From Takakia lepidozioides (Eukaryota > Plantae > Bryophyta), in assembly GCA_030704615.1 (NCBI GenBank), contig CM060733.1, positions 52,266,001-52,330,000 on the forward strand: a stretch of 64,000 nucleotides of DNA, in the 5' to 3' direction. Under the pieces are notes generated by a model. That model saw only the letters and a list, made by a program, of their open reading frames with translations. It was not told where the DNA came from and searched no databases. The translations under genes and the position numbers were made by a program. Below, piece after piece: positions 1 to 13,628 of the stretch (position 1 is its first letter; every line of letters starts with the position of its first letter).

Positions 1-1621
1 TCTTTAATTTTTCACACCCAAAACATTCTCGACATTAAAAGCTGCTCCCAAGTCATCTACGAGTTCCCAACACGTCCATGTAGTTCTCACAGATTCCCTG
101 GATTTCACCTACAGGTGTTTCAAACATACACCAGTGAACTGCTCTGCTCCAGCCAAGATCTGTAGGTATGCCGACTCCGGGGGTTTGATCCTTCGCATCC
201 ACTCCATCTAGCACATCCTTCCATGCCACACTTGACCACATGCCTCAGGGAAGCAATCTGAACAGCTCCAACTTTGACCACCCACAATGAACTCCTTCGC
301 TCTTCATCAGGGCTGCCAAGCTTCTATTGCAAGCACATGTAAATGAATTATGTGGAGCCTGAGTCACACATCTGCCCCTTCAGTTGATCACTTGTCTATC
401 AAGGCATTTTCCCACACCTAAGTGGGTTATACCCTCCTTCACCTTGCTGTCCCACCACTAGGAGAACTTCATGAGATCAGCCACAACTATCTCATACCCC
501 GGGGTTGCACTACATGTGAGGTCCACCAACATTCGGCTGTCCCTTCCATTCACACCTTGCTGGGCATACCCTGTGTTAATCACACTCCCTCAGACCAGAT
601 TTCAGCCATGTCATCAGTCGCTCCAACCTTCTCTATGCTGCTGCAACTGACCAGTACAGTGATTAAACAGCTCGAGGTGCTTGCTTCTTGAGATCCCAAA
701 GCCCATCAGATCTGACCAACATGATCATAGACATACCCTTTGCCGTCATCCAACAGGTGGAAGCTCAGTCTCCTTTATGTCCTGACCTCAGGTTCGCAAT
801 CCGCACACTATCCATTAAATTTGGCCTGAGTCAGCTCTTCCTTCAGCAACTTGCTGGTTCCTCACACAACTGTATCGCTGCCCGCAAACCCATGCTAGAC
901 CAAGTGTGAATTGGCTGTCTATGCACAAAGTGTCTGCCACAATGTAGCCGCTTGCACAAACTGAATAAGGCCTGCGTGAGACAGTCGTCTTTATTTTTCA
1001 TTGTTCTTAGCCGCTTGGCAGCCTGATTTGCTCATCATCTGAGAAAAACTCCACAGCCTCATCAGCCAGTTCTTCATCATCAATGCCTGAAGCATCATAG
1101 GCCTTCTTGTGCAGGCTGGGGTTGTCCAAAACATAGTTGGAAAATCCTGGCACATAAGTAATCTCTTCCCCCGATTTATGTCTTATCAACGCTTCTTCCA
1201 AGAGCGATTTATCCACTGATCAGTACCAAAAATCGCAACATTACATAGAACTTTGTTTTCTTGCGGGAACCCAGGGGTGCAATAAGCTGTTGGCTGGCTG
1301 CCGCCTTGTTAAACGGCCCACCTGCGTAACTCTGCCCATGCTCTCATACACAAGCTTGCATAACCCCAGCAAGCTACAATGCCATCTTAGAGCAAACTGA
1401 GCTGCAGCCGAAATAGTATCCGTGCCATAACGATCCTCAAGCTCGGCCTGACCTGGTTCTCCATTTCAAAATATTATTTTGTATCGACAGGAACAACCTC
1501 CAGGGAGTTTGCCAAGCTGGTGGGAATCTCTTAAACTATTCCCCCAAGACCAAGAAAATGTGACATTGCTGCTGGGCGGCTACAGCCCGCCGCTTCACTA
1601 ATCGACCAACTCCAGAATGTT

Positions 1622-1805
1622 GCCACGGCCTGCTTTGCTTCTGCATCGGCATATACATCTATACACAATTTTTATTTTTATTTTATCGGTGACTTCGGCA
1701 GCTCCCAGAAAGTCCACAATTTGGTGCTCATTGATGGGCAGCGAGAAGAGGTATATCTGCTCCAGACTAGACTTGATCTTCCCGTCCGTAACCAACCTCT
1801 CGAGC
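1622..1805 (-). pseudogene. RPS2: 40S ribosomal protein S2 (uS5) fragment
   Basis: Minus strand reads [32 protein letters not shown] and, after a frameshift, YMPMQKQSR. These match the eukaryotic RPS2 segments [27 protein letters not shown] and IMPVQKQTR. Truncated and degenerate. Confidence 0.75.
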
Positions 1806-2143
1806 TAGAAGGCAATGGAAACTTGCCTTGCCTTGCCTATGGCCATGCTAGTATCGAGTTTATCCGCCGGTTCACAGTGCGATGTGGCATGGTAGACCTA
1901 TGGCCATCCTCTTGGCATCCCTGCCAAGCTGACCCATAAGCACGACAACCGCTTCTCATTCGGCCTTCACTACTCGCACACCATACATATGGTCAGAATG
2001 AGTCTGAGTTCCTACTATCACCACCAACCAAAACCAAGAGGCAGGAGCCCTCCTCTGATTGCTATGCTTCCCATGACCATCTATATACCCAGAAACCAGA
2101 GATGATCGAAACCTGCATGTTTTTTTTTTTTTTTTTTTTTTTT

Positions 2144-2601
2144 AAAGCTTTTCAAACTAACCACTACTTATACACAGGTAATCATACAAGTGCTAACCCT
2201 CAACTCCTACCTTGCACTCACAGGTAAGAGATCATCTCTCTCGAGTGATATGAAAACTAAACTCACACTGACTCTGTTGACACAAAACACGAAATACAAT
2301 ACAATCACTTGTTAAAATAAGAGTCGAGCCATGGGCACCCCAAGCTATGGGGACTCCACCCCACAACATCCTACTCTCCCTCCATAAGTACACTCAGATG
2401 CTAAGCAATGAGGGAGCTCGGTCGTGCAGGCTCAACTCGAGAGAGATGAGCCGTATGACTGACGAGCTCGTGAAGATAAGATGGTTCAGGTGTCAAGCTA
2501 AACTTGACACCTGACTTAACACTTGAACTAATTCCAAGTGTTAAATATAAATAACTAGATTTATTCTAGTTAGTTTCACACTGTGTTTATTTAACTTGAC
2601 A
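2144..2601 (-). mobile_element. Partial LTR-like element, same family as the foldback at 19202-19726
   Basis: Ends in CTTGACA at 2601 (TGTCAAG on minus). 2232-2601 is colinear and clearly similar to 19356-19726. Carries a 15-bp internal inverted repeat (2232-2246 / 2435-2449). Confidence 0.65.
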
Positions 2602-4369
2602 AGCGGTTTTTATGCTCGGTAAAGGTTTATCAGTTTTTGCCCCCCCCCCCACCATCTTCTTCTACTCCGTAACTGTCATATATTTCTTTTTACATGCTAG
2701 GCATTGGCAATCTCGGGTCAATGGTGTGCAAAAGACATTTGGAGCTAAGCTCATGATGATATTCTGAATGGTCTATCTATGTGCCCGATATTACCCTTGT
2801 GGATACTACTCCAAGTTAGAATGCTCCCGTAACACGAAAAACTGGGCATTGGTGTTGTCGTCCTACAAGTTCTTTCTTTGTGATGATGGTGCTTTGCTTC
2901 TGTTTCAAAGAAGGGACTCGCAATTTTGCAAAGAGCTCGGAAGCTATCTTAAGACTTCCGGGCTCTAAATCATCAAGACCTCGAACTGTGTCAATAGCCT
3001 CTATCCCACGAAGATGGATATTCCTAGTCAATTGGAAATACACAACATCCAATGTGATTTAACTGTTTTCCTAAAAACAACTCTTTATTTTATTTTAAGA
3101 TGTATATATGGTTTGTTTCTACAGACTCGTGCTTTTAATGCTCATTAGAAGGTCTGTTTGGAGTCCAATCCTACCTTTGTGATGAGCTTAAAGATAGGGG
3201 ATGGTGGGGTCCATATCGATCCGGAGTGGTGGATGATTTTATGCACATGGACTCGGGCAAGACATTTAGGCTAGGCCCAATGGAGTTCCATGGAGAGGTG
3301 CTCGGGAAAAGAGCGGAGTTCCATGGAGAGATTATTGGGAGAAGAGCCCGGCTTTCATGTAGACTCGTCTGAGACTCGCAGGAGTCATGGGTTAAGGGTT
3401 GTAAATTTGTCTCTCTCCATAGGTTGGTTGTTCAACTTAATGAGTTCAATGTTTGTACTTTTGTATTTCTCAATGTGTAAGTCATCACCTCGTCATGTGT
3501 TATATCCACTTGCAAAAGCTTCTTTCCATGCATGCGAGGGTATTTGGATGCACCTTTTGGAGATGGAGGGAGATTCAGATCCATATTAGAGTCTTGCTAC
3601 TTCAAGTGGGGTCTGTTTTCCCACAGAGACAGAGGTTGTGGTGAGTGTTGACATAGGGGAGCTGGAAAGAAGCCTAAAGAGATTGATGACAATTTTCTTT
3701 GTGAGTACGTCTTCACTTTTTTTACCATCGTTCTTTGAAAAAATATTATTTTGAACTTACCGAGTAGCCCTTAATGCCATGAATGCCTGCTTCCATCCTA
3801 ATTTTCATTGTTGCACAATGTTGAATGTCTTGCAGTACACTTGCCATTTTTTTTGTCTCCAATGCATTTCTCCAAAGTCCACTGCATTCCTACTAGTTGC
3901 ACGGATATATGGAGGCAATGGCAAATGAGCTATTCATCCTTCCTTCGCCTTTTCCAGTCGCCACCAACCCCTTGTGTGGACTTTCACACTCCAGGGCTAG
4001 CTTGTTCGTAGATTATAGTGCGGTGGTTGCAGGGGATAGCTCTGCTAGCAACAATAGTTCATCATTTTCTTGGTTAGAATGATTTTACGCAATCACATAT
4101 TTTCAAGTGGGACCCTCTTATGACGTGTTCCATGTAAATTCCAATTAATAGAAGATGCCTACAGCTTCCTTCATACCACAAATGACATGGTACATCCATT
4201 AGAGAAAACAAATGTCTAAAAACGTTCTAATTCCATGCTCTTTTCGCAACTTCAAAATTTTCAAGGTTACCAAATTTTTATTTTTCATTCCTTTGCATAT
4301 TGATCGCATTATGCATTTCATTTGCTATGTTCATTTGAACGCCCACACAATGGAAGTACACGAAAATAG

Positions 4370-4474
4370 GTGAAATACCCGTGGTTATGGGGCCTATATG
4401 TCAGGCTCACGTGAGCCTAGTCAGGCTTCGAGGCTCATGGTGAGCCCATGAGCATGCTCACGATAGCATTCCCC
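4370..4474. mobile_element. Right terminus of the Mutator-like family
   Basis: GTGAGC/GCTCAC subterminal motifs ending in TAGCATTCCCC, as at 12789 and 47873. Confidence 0.6.
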
Positions 4475-4686
4475 AAGTTATTCCCTTCAGTTCCATATCA
4501 CTCTAGAGAAAGAGTAAGGGGAAGATTTGACAAGTCAGAAATTGACGTACCGTCCTGTCAGAGATTGATTGCCTATGTGCATTAAGTATTAGGTAACGTG
4601 GCTCCCAGCCACGTTACCTAGGATACTCTGTCGAAGAGCCAGCGAGCGGTGAGAGCCAGCGAGCGGTGGGAGCCGCAAATGCTCTA

Positions 4687-5426
4687 AGGTAGACGAACCT
4701 AAAATGGACAGTTTTAATACCTAGTTCGCATGGATAAGGTGAGCAGTACAACATAGAAACAATTTTCATGGATTAGTGAATCGAAAAGAATTATGACCCA
4801 ATTTTCCCGTTGAGTTATAGTGCTGATATGAAATTGATATGATTATTGAAAGTTTGGGAGTCGCAAGCACCTATTTGTGACACATAGGACCCCCCAAAAG
4901 CAAACATGAATTTAACCTATTACTCATCCAATTTTATCGTAAAGTAGACATAAGCATAGCCTTCTACGAATATTGTTAGACCTTAAATGGACATCAACTG
5001 CATCTGAAATGGACATCAAAGAATGGCCAATATGCCCAACAGAGTTATATATCACGCACTGCTATTTTGACCCTGTAGGCCCCACAATAGCGTTTTTCCA
5101 AAATATCGCCGCATACATCGTATAAGGCCTCGGCTGAAGACCATCAATTGACACTAAATATGTTTAGGTACAAATAAAAATGGTACTTGATATTGTATTA
5201 ACCACATTTTTTCTTAAGCGAAACTCCTAGCCCGATGTCTGAGAAATCCCAATGATTGACATATTTGTAACCCTCTTTGAACCTAAATATGTCACATATT
5301 CTACTCAATGTGGTCCCCACTTGCTTAATGTCACTTTAAGGTAAAGGCAGTGTTACTTTAAGGTCAAGGCATGCAAAAACATAGGTGTCCATTTAAGGTC
5401 ACTCTCCATTTTAGGTCCGTTTACCT
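4687..5426. mobile_element. TIR (MITE-like) element, probable TA target duplication
   Basis: AGGTAGACGAACCTAAAATGGA at 4687 pairs with TCCATTTTAGGTCCGTTTACCT ending at 5426, TA on both sides, no ORF. Confidence 0.65.
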
Positions 5427-5563
5427 TATGGTGGATTATCCCAGGTGACATGGCGACCAATGGCCGTTGTCGTACGTAAATTGTGTTGAAAAGGAATTCT
5501 CATCTTATAAACAATCTTCAGGGTTTGAGGTTAGGGCCAAATCGTTAGTTTAGCTTTCACGGA

Positions 5564-5943
5564 GCATTCCTGCAGATATTTTTATCTCGATCCATACCAA
5601 AAATAGTACTCCTATCGTAATTCCCACTAGAAGAGTAAGAATAGTAAAAATGATCCATACAAAGCTAAAAAATCCTTTGGAAGGTTCTGATCCATTAAAT
5701 AAATAGACACTTTTCCTCAACCAGAAAGCGTTTTTACGATCAACCTCTCCCGTAATAACAACTACACTTCCTAATATTGTCATAATATCCGCCAATTTCA
5801 TTCTTTTTACTAATTGAGGAAGAATTTGCAAATTAATAGAACCGGGTGGACGAATTTTCCATCTCCAAGGAAAAACACTATCATCTCCAATTGGATAAAT
5901 TCCTAATTCTCCTTTAGGAGCTTCTACTATGATATAATGCTCT
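5564..5943 (-). pseudogene. ndhH/ndhA: Nuclear plastid DNA insertion (NUPT): ndhH 3' end plus ndhA 5' end
   Basis: AT-rich island translating [59 protein letters not shown]...GEVDR (NdhH C-terminus), then ...[32 protein letters not shown] (NdhA N-terminus), in plastome gene order. Confidence 0.93.
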
Positions 5944-5977
5944 CCCTCTCTCTCTTGGAATGGCAGCCATGCTTTAA

Positions 5978-7279
5978 CCCCTAAACGACGAGCTGACCCG
6001 AATCGGGTCGGCCCGATTTTTCATCCATCCATAGCATGCATGGATGAAGTCCGATGAATGAGTGGCTTGAACAAAAAATGTAGCGCGCACACGCCAGTCT
6101 TTATGGCGCCCTGAACAGAGAAAAACTCAGCCGTCAGGAATTTTTTGAAGTTTGGAAATTGCAGGATTTTGGGTGGAGGGGGGCACGGCGGTTGACCGTC
6201 GACGTGGCAGGTGGCAGAGGCCACGCGGGTGGGATTTTGCGGCGGGGGCCATGCAGGGGTTGGAGTCGGTTGCTTGTGAGGCCCTCCCCAAAATGCCGAG
6301 GAACACCGGGACGGCTCGAATGAGCTGGCCCTGGCAAACAATGGGGAACCTCGAAGTGGCCCGGAAAACGTTGCCGGATTCCGGCGAAATTCCAGCCACC
6401 GATTGCCTGACCTGGAGGAGGCCGGAAATTTCACAAAATCCCAGGGAATTTTTGGGAAATTCTTGGGCAGGCTTGTGTAGTTCTTGGCCTATGAGGGACT
6501 GACCGTTGGAATTCCCAATTGAAGGAGAATTTGGGGGTCCCAATGGGGCCTATACCATTTCCTTTGCAAATTCTCTTTTTGGACCCCCATTCCAGTCACA
6601 TACAAAGCACCCCCCCCCCCCCCCCCCATTTGGGCAGATTGGGGGTGAAATTTGGTGTGAGGGTTTGGGATTGTGCACTTCACTGGAATATAGTACTTTT
6701 TCTCCCAGGAAAATTTGGGATCATGGATAATTTGCTTGGCCAAACATGAACTTTTGCTTTGTTTTTTCCATTTTCCAAAAAATGCACCATCTTCAAATCA
6801 AAGTTTATTTTTTAAAATTCGGAAAATAGCACGAGTGGCTACAATGTTTTGCAAAACTTAGGCATATATTCTGTTCATCCATTCAAATCAGGACAGAATC
6901 ATCCACATCTGTGCTTTCATCCATTTAGATCATCCATATTTGGCAAATTCATCCATAATTATTATTGTTTTTGGAGAAATTTGGCGATTTCATCCATGAA
7001 AAAACATGGAATTTGCTACAGAATATTCTTTTCTATTTTTTGAGGTTGCCATTTGGCGAAAATTCGCCAAAAAACAAAATTCTGCTTCAAATGTTATAAT
7101 CTCCCAAACTACACGGTGGAATCTCCCCAAATCTTAGGGGCTTGTGCATCTGGTAGGTAGGAAGCAGTTTGTACGGTTTATCCACGTGGATGAACGTTAA
7201 TGGACAGGTAGCCGCTGACGTGTGAGGGTGGGTCCCGGAATTGTCCAAAAACCCAAAAACACCTCTCGTCCTTTAGGGA
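5978..7279. mobile_element. Non-autonomous piggyBac-like element (TTAA target site)
   Basis: TTAA (5974-5977) + CCCCTAAACGACGAG ... CTCGTCCTTTAGGGA + TTAA (7280-7283); TIR match 13/15; no recognisable coding. Confidence 0.65.
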
Positions 7280-7361
7280 TTAAAGACCAGGACAAACAAG
7301 TCTGAGCTTAAGTCCAGGCGGACAAGGTGTTGGTGTTGACTGGAAAACTGCAATTATGTGT

Positions 7362-7470
7362 AGGGTAAGGCACGAGGAGCGGGGCGTTCCTGGAATGAGC
7401 GCCCTTCACGAGGCGGTAGCCGAGTGCCATGCGTGAATTCTAGGAACACCCTGTTCCGACTGCCTTACCC
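7362..7470. repeat. Small imperfect hairpin / mini-MITE
   Basis: GGGTAAGGCA...TGCCTTACCC outer arms, inner arms GGGCGTTCCTGGAAT / ATTCTAGGAACACCC. The left-end ATTATGTGTAGGGTAAGGC recurs near 17192. Confidence 0.45.
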
Positions 7471-10131
7471 GGGTGAAAAAGTGGAATCGGTGGAATGAGG
7501 TTTTCTGGACAAGCAGGTACTCGAGTTTCAAGCGAAATTTTCAGCCCAGCCAGGCTTGAAGTTACATAGCACAACAGGGCTGTAGCATCCTGTGCATTGG
7601 CCTGTGGGTCTGGGTTTCAAACCCTGTGTTGCCTTTGGGCTGGGGCTCTGCCCCAATCTGCTTCATTGCTCAGTGTTCCTTCTCAAGGCCCTACGGCTGT
7701 GGCTCGGGACAAAAAGAAAAAGAAAAGAAAAGAAAAACATCACATTGGGCTCTGCAGCTTGAAGGGGTCTACTAATAGTTGGTGGAAACATTTGACTTGA
7801 GGGAAGGTAAGCCTTCTGATCACATATGCCACACAATTGATGAATTTTCTGTCCATCTTTAAATTCTACATGTTACTTCTGTTGTTCTGAGTGACGAGAG
7901 TTTTCAAGGTTAGCAACCCAAAGTGAAGGCATAATACGAATGACTTAGTGATTCCAAACTCATTCTACCCAATTTAAGTTCATGCTAGGACCACACGGTT
8001 TTCAAAGTCATCTGCAAGCCCAAAACACTAGGAGGCCAATGTGACCAGGGGGGTTCCCACACACTCAAAGCGTCAATGCCAGCATAATCCACCTGTAGGG
8101 ACAAAGGTACAACATAGCACCATCCAGAAATTTATCTCACACAATTTCTCTTGGCTAGCAAGCTACTGCCCTTTGTCTGAGGGGGATGTGCCGTGTTATC
8201 TCCGTCATAAGCCCAGATGGCTTTGCAGGTACCTAACTACAATGTGACCACAGGGCTAATTCTTGACCGCCCTATAGCTTGCTACACAACCTACAACAAC
8301 ATTTGGAGGATTTTGTGCGTAGAGACATTTCAGACAATAGTGCTCAAAAGACGCTTTCCAACTCATTACTGACATGGATATTTAGCCAAGAAAAGTCAGA
8401 CCTTCCTGGAGCTTCCTGTTAACAGAAATATGGAGCTACTCGTCAATCTCAAAGATCACATCATCAGGTGGTATGATCCACTATCTGCATTGCATGCACC
8501 ACCAACTTTTATTAAGACCAACATGCACCTTATTTCTTGCATTTTATATATCTGAAGTGCTGGAATTATTATTAACCTACTCTGTTTTGCAATGTCAATG
8601 CCAACCCTTAGAATGAAAGAAACAGCACACTTCAATTCCCTGCAACCACATTGTCAAACTTGGGGCAATTAAGGCCAGTTAGTACACACGATGCTTATCA
8701 TCCGATGAAGTAACGCACAAATCATATCCAGAGTAGAGTACAAAAAACCGTCAACGAGTACATCTCTATCTTCTCTGTCCAAACTGGCAGGGGATGATGA
8801 CCATGAGTTTACCACAAACCTCGTCTGATAGTACCCACCTTAGTCTACTCTATCCAAAAGATAAAGGTCCAAGGGAATTTGGTAGAATGAGTAAAATAGG
8901 TTGGGAACTGAAATAGTGCCGGGTGCTAAATGTTGTCTTTGTGACCACAAATTGAAGATGCAGGCAAAACAGGAAAAAAAAGCACAAGCAAAGTAGACCA
9001 ATTGAGGGCCTTGACAACAATGATAATAATCTCCCAATACTGGTTTACTCTTACCAAGCTAGGGTTTGTGCTCTATGCTTAATCCCCTCAAGCATCCATG
9101 AATTCTATGGGTATCCAAGGCAAATTTTCTTGACTTTTTTCACCTCAAGCCACAATCGAGCTTGTCTTCAACTAGCAATGCATTTTCCACACAACAAGCT
9201 CAATTTCTCCTTGGAAGCTAAAAACAAGCTTCTACCTCTTTTGGCAAGCAAGCAAGTCTTGCACTCATTCATGTACTCTTTCCTTGCTCATTCATACACA
9301 TGCTCCACTCTTGGTTTCTATGTGTTGCTCCTCCAAGCATCAACACATGATCTCCATCTCATGCAAAGAGAAAGATTCAAGTCCCCAACACTTGCTAGCT
9401 CAAGAGCCACTCCTCTCAAGCTTGAAATTGCAAAGCTCAAGCCAAAAGCATGCTCCACACATGCATCACCTCATACACAAAGGAATCAACTTGATCCCTT
9501 CGCCTTCTAGTTTTTCTCAAGCTTGAAATTGGAAGCCACATTTGGGAAGCATGCTCCACACATGCACCACTTGCTTGGTCAACAACTTGCTTCACCAAGA
9601 GCAAATCCACCAGTACAAAACTCACACTACTATGAGCATGGATAGCCGGGCATTGCCTCCCTCTCTTGTCACATTACATAGTTAGGGTGAAGCTATGAAT
9701 ACCTTGAATGATGATCTCTCTTCAATGACTTCCCACATGTTGTTCTCCAAGCCATTCCAATGTCCTAAGCTTGGCTTCACACCACCATGATTGGAAAACT
9801 TCTTCACATACTCCCCTTCAAACCTCTTGAGCTTCCTAATCTTCTCCAAGTGCTTGCCTTTGTTGTCTTCAAGTCCAAGCCTATGTAGCTCCTTGGCTTA
9901 TCTTCCACAACATTCACACTTGAGCTTGCTTAACCCTTGATTGCTAGTGAAATGAGCACCTACAATCATTTAGTCGCTCTCCACAAGTTATGACATACAC
10001 CATTGACTTCATAATGCATAGAAATGATTCTCAAACCTTAATTTCCATGCTTTCAACAACCACCTCTTTGGCAACCCTTGTCAAATCTTGTGGCAAACAA
10101 GTTCTTTCTTGAGCTCTCCAACACTTTGGTG

Positions 10132-12789
10132 GATGGCAGCTACCGTGTCAGCATAATCCGTGAGCAAGATCCCTTAAGCGTAAGCATATTGTAAGCGTGA
10201 GCAGATTAGTGAAGCGGAGCCTATAACCGAGGGAATTAGTGGGCCTATTGCCGTGGGCGCAAACTCCACTGCATGGACGCAATCTCCTCTCCATCGGACC
10301 GAAGACAGACAGCCTCCATGACGACAATGTGGCACGAATATGCGATGAAAAACTGACGGATGAATGTATCTGTAATGAACGTAAAAGAGAATGGATGAAC
10401 GTTGGATGAACGTTGGATGAGTGACGGTGAAAAATTGCCCAGATGAATGAACCATGGATGACTACAACAACATATATCCTTACCGATCAGCATGTGCGCA
10501 GGGATCCATGTGTTGTTGGTTTAAATAAGTGTACTTTAATTTGGCGGAAGCTTAATTCCAGCCTAGAAGACCAGCATTCGGGGGGAAAAAAACACAAAAA
10601 TAAAATGTTTTTCTTTGGTTTTTTTTTTTTTTGAAAACTTGCAAATGAACCCAACCCCTGCTTTGTATTTTAATTTGGTGGAAGCTTATTAATTCCAGCC
10701 TAGAAGACCAGCCAGATTAAGCTGACGTCAACGTCACCTTAATCTGGCACATTCGGGAAAATAAATAAATAAATAAATATAATTTTTTAGAAAACTTGCA
10801 AATGAACCCAACCCCTGCTTTGCAAGCAAAAGACCTGGCGTTTACCCAACATGGATTTCTGGTCACCAGGAAGAAGGACATGACAACGAATCATAAGTTA
10901 TGTAGTCCGAGCAATTTGTAGATGTCATTTACCCCAAACAGCACACCAGAAGACCGGCTAGATTAAGGTGTCGTTGACGACACCTTAATCTGACACATTC
11001 GGGATTTTTTATTTTTTTTATTTTTTTTGGAAAACTTGCAAATGAACCCAACCCCTGTTTTGCAAGCAAAAGACCTGGCGTTTATCCAACATGGATTTCT
11101 GGTCACTTGAAAGAAGGACATGACAACGAATCATAAGTTATGTAATCCGAGCAATTCATAGATGTCATTCACCCCAAATAGCACACCAGAAGACCAGTCA
11201 GATTAAGGTGGCGTCTCTAACACATTCGGGGAAAAAAAAATAAAAAATTAAGTTGCCAGTGTCGCGGCCCTTTGCCTTGAGGGCAATGGATCGGGACACA
11301 TGAGGGGCTGCCCCTGTGGTGGGGGCAGCGGCAGCGATAGGTATGGGGGGCTGAAGCACCCTTAAGTGCCCAAGGCACTCAGGAAAGCGGAGGCGCTCAC
11401 TAGGTGGAGCTCCGCACACCGGGTTGCGGTGGGGGTGGCTCCACAAGGGGTGGTGGTAGCTTAGCGGGACTTAGTGGGGGTGGCATAAGACTCACCATGG
11501 GGGCGGAGACCTCGTGGTGAGAGTCGTGGGGAGTCTTGGGACTCATCACGGTCCATAGGGGCCGTGGTGAGTGGGCCAAGACTCACCGCGAGTCATCACC
11601 GGGAGTCGAGGGTTTTCGTGGTGGTTCGCCATAAAATGGCATGGCTGGTTGTGAAACCCCCGCGGACAGCTACAGAAATATATATAGGGAGTAGTAACCC
11701 CGAGAACGGTGCAAGCCCGTTGGTGACCAAAAACTAGTGAGTAAGCGAGCGAGCCGGAAAGCGACCAATGAGTGGGGAGCTGTTCCGGACTGCCAACTAC
11801 CAAAGGGAATTCCCGTTGGTTCCAAATCGGTGGAGGGTTCTTTGGGAGAACAAAGGGGGACCGTTATGCCCCGGTGAGCAGCCGAAGCTCCAAGTTGGCT
11901 CGGCGGCCAGGTTGGGAGTCAGGCGCGCGCATCAAAGCGAGTAATTATGACTTGAGGGGGAGCTTACCGAAGTGAGGTGCGCGACAGCCAGATTAAGGTG
12001 GTGCATTCGGGAAATAAAAAAGAAAAAAAAAAACGGATTTTTTTTTGTTTTGCTTTTGTTTTTGGAAAACTTGCAAATATATTTTGAGTTGTCATGTTAT
12101 GCGGAGGCTGCAGCGGGCGATTTAGTCTCCTCTCATCTCCCCCTCCTGTACTTTACGACAGAGATGGTTTTGTGCAGAGTAGGGCTAGTATCTTCATAGA
12201 TAGTTGGGCCTTCGTTTTGGATACTAACTCCTGTAGCAGCGGATATTCTTGGTCGGAATGAATCGACTGTTTTCAAACGATTTTTATTAAAGCACCAAAT
12301 TGCTTCTCCACCTTCTTTGCAATAGGGTGTGAGCATCTCTCTCGACCTTGGATACCTAGGAAAATGACAACCTCAACCCTCCTCACTATGACAAAGCAAT
12401 GTAATCTCCTTAGTGGCAATGCAGAACATACAAACTGCACTTTCATAGTTGATTTGCAAGCAAGACTACCAAGACTGGCAGGGGTTCACTCTGGAGCTCG
12501 GGGGATTTGACAATCAGTATTAAAAAACTGCTTTGTAATTTTTCATTCATCCACTTATTACATTCATCCATGTGCCATTCGTCCAACAGACATTCATCCG
12601 CCATTCATCCATCATTAATCCATAACGAGCTTGTCGGTATGCATGTTATACTGGCCACTGTCCGTAGTAATAGGTCGTCTAAGCTGAACTGGTGTCCGCG
12701 GTTATAGGTGAGCAGATCCTAAGGCGTGAGCAGAATTCTTCTCACGGAATTTTCTGCTCACGGGTTCTGCTCACGGAATAGCAATCCCC
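10132..12789. mobile_element. Non-autonomous Mutator-like element
   Basis: Termini GATGGCAGCTA ... TAGCAATCCCC; diverged 9-bp TSD ACTTTGGTG / ACCTTAGTG; GTGAGC subterminal repeats; CCTATAACCG motif inverted at both ends; internal ~240-bp tandem units (10790-11230). Confidence 0.75.
11260..11986. mobile_element. Solo LTR (727 bp) nested in the Mutator-like element
   Basis: TGTCGCG...CGCGACA inverted termini, perfect 5-bp TSD GCCAG (11255-11259, 11987-11991), TATA-like stretch near 11680. Confidence 0.85.
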
Positions 12790-13628
12790 ACCTTAGTGTA
12801 ACACCACAAGTACATTCCTTGCAACCCTTGCAAGTCTTGTGATACAAGAGCTAAATTCTCCTAGCTCTCAACCTCTTTAACATACAAGTGCAAAACTAAT
12901 CCTTACATTCGCCACTCACAAGCATAAGGCGATCTTCTTGTAGTGATAAGAGATGATAAATGAGGGAAGTTGAAGACAATGACAACTCTCTAAGCATGAA
13001 GCAATCACACTAAGAACAAGCCCTGGTCCTTCCAAATGAAATCCACTCTATCACATAAATTAAGTCAAGCCAAATGCACCTTTGCTAAAGGAATCCACCC
13101 TACAAAGCCCTCAACACACTCCCTCTCATTACCTAGCTATGGAGGTGAGAGAGGCTCATGGAGGCTGAACTATAAGAAGATTAGCCTTCCTCAACCCTCA
13201 CAAGGGGAAAACCCCTCCCATGTCCTAAATAAGGCTTGACACCTGACATATGAGACCAAATGAAGTCCCAACACACAAAATACAAATATAAATATCCAAA
13301 ATGTCATAGTTAACTACAAGTAGGTAATTCTAGTTAACCATGACTAAAACCATGACACCGTCAATTATATGTATTTCCGCTGACATACATATCACCCCTA
13401 TAACCGTGGATCCTGCTCATGCAACAATTTTTTTGTGCTCACGCAGTACCAATCCCCTGGAACCGGCGGTTCTTTCATCCCAAAACCATAACCGTCCAAC
13501 ATTGGTTCAAACCAATGAAACATATAACCATAAATTCACTATGTAGTACTTATTTCAATTATAGATTGGAACCACATAACTTAGTGAAACTTCTTCACTA
13601 CTATGTATACCTAAATTACAAAGTCAAG

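Larger units (their letters stand above)
8900..13357 (-). mobile_element. Degenerate LTR retroelement remnant, interrupted by the Mutator-like element at 10132-12789
   Basis: Ends CATGACA at 13357. 12860-13357 loosely resembles the LTR at 2144-2601. The flanks of the insertion are related sequences (GCAACCCTTG...AGCTCTC). Left boundary approximate; no domain recognised. Confidence 0.4.

Noticed and set aside
1-1450. Possible decayed coding sequence on the minus strand
   Set aside because: Many stops and no motif I can assign.
2700-4300. Possible transposase body belonging to the terminus at 4474
   Set aside because: Position is suggestive but no catalytic motif or left end was identified.
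6021-6749. Overlapping GC-rich ORFs
   Set aside because: No recognisable domain; they lie inside a non-autonomous element and are expected by chance.
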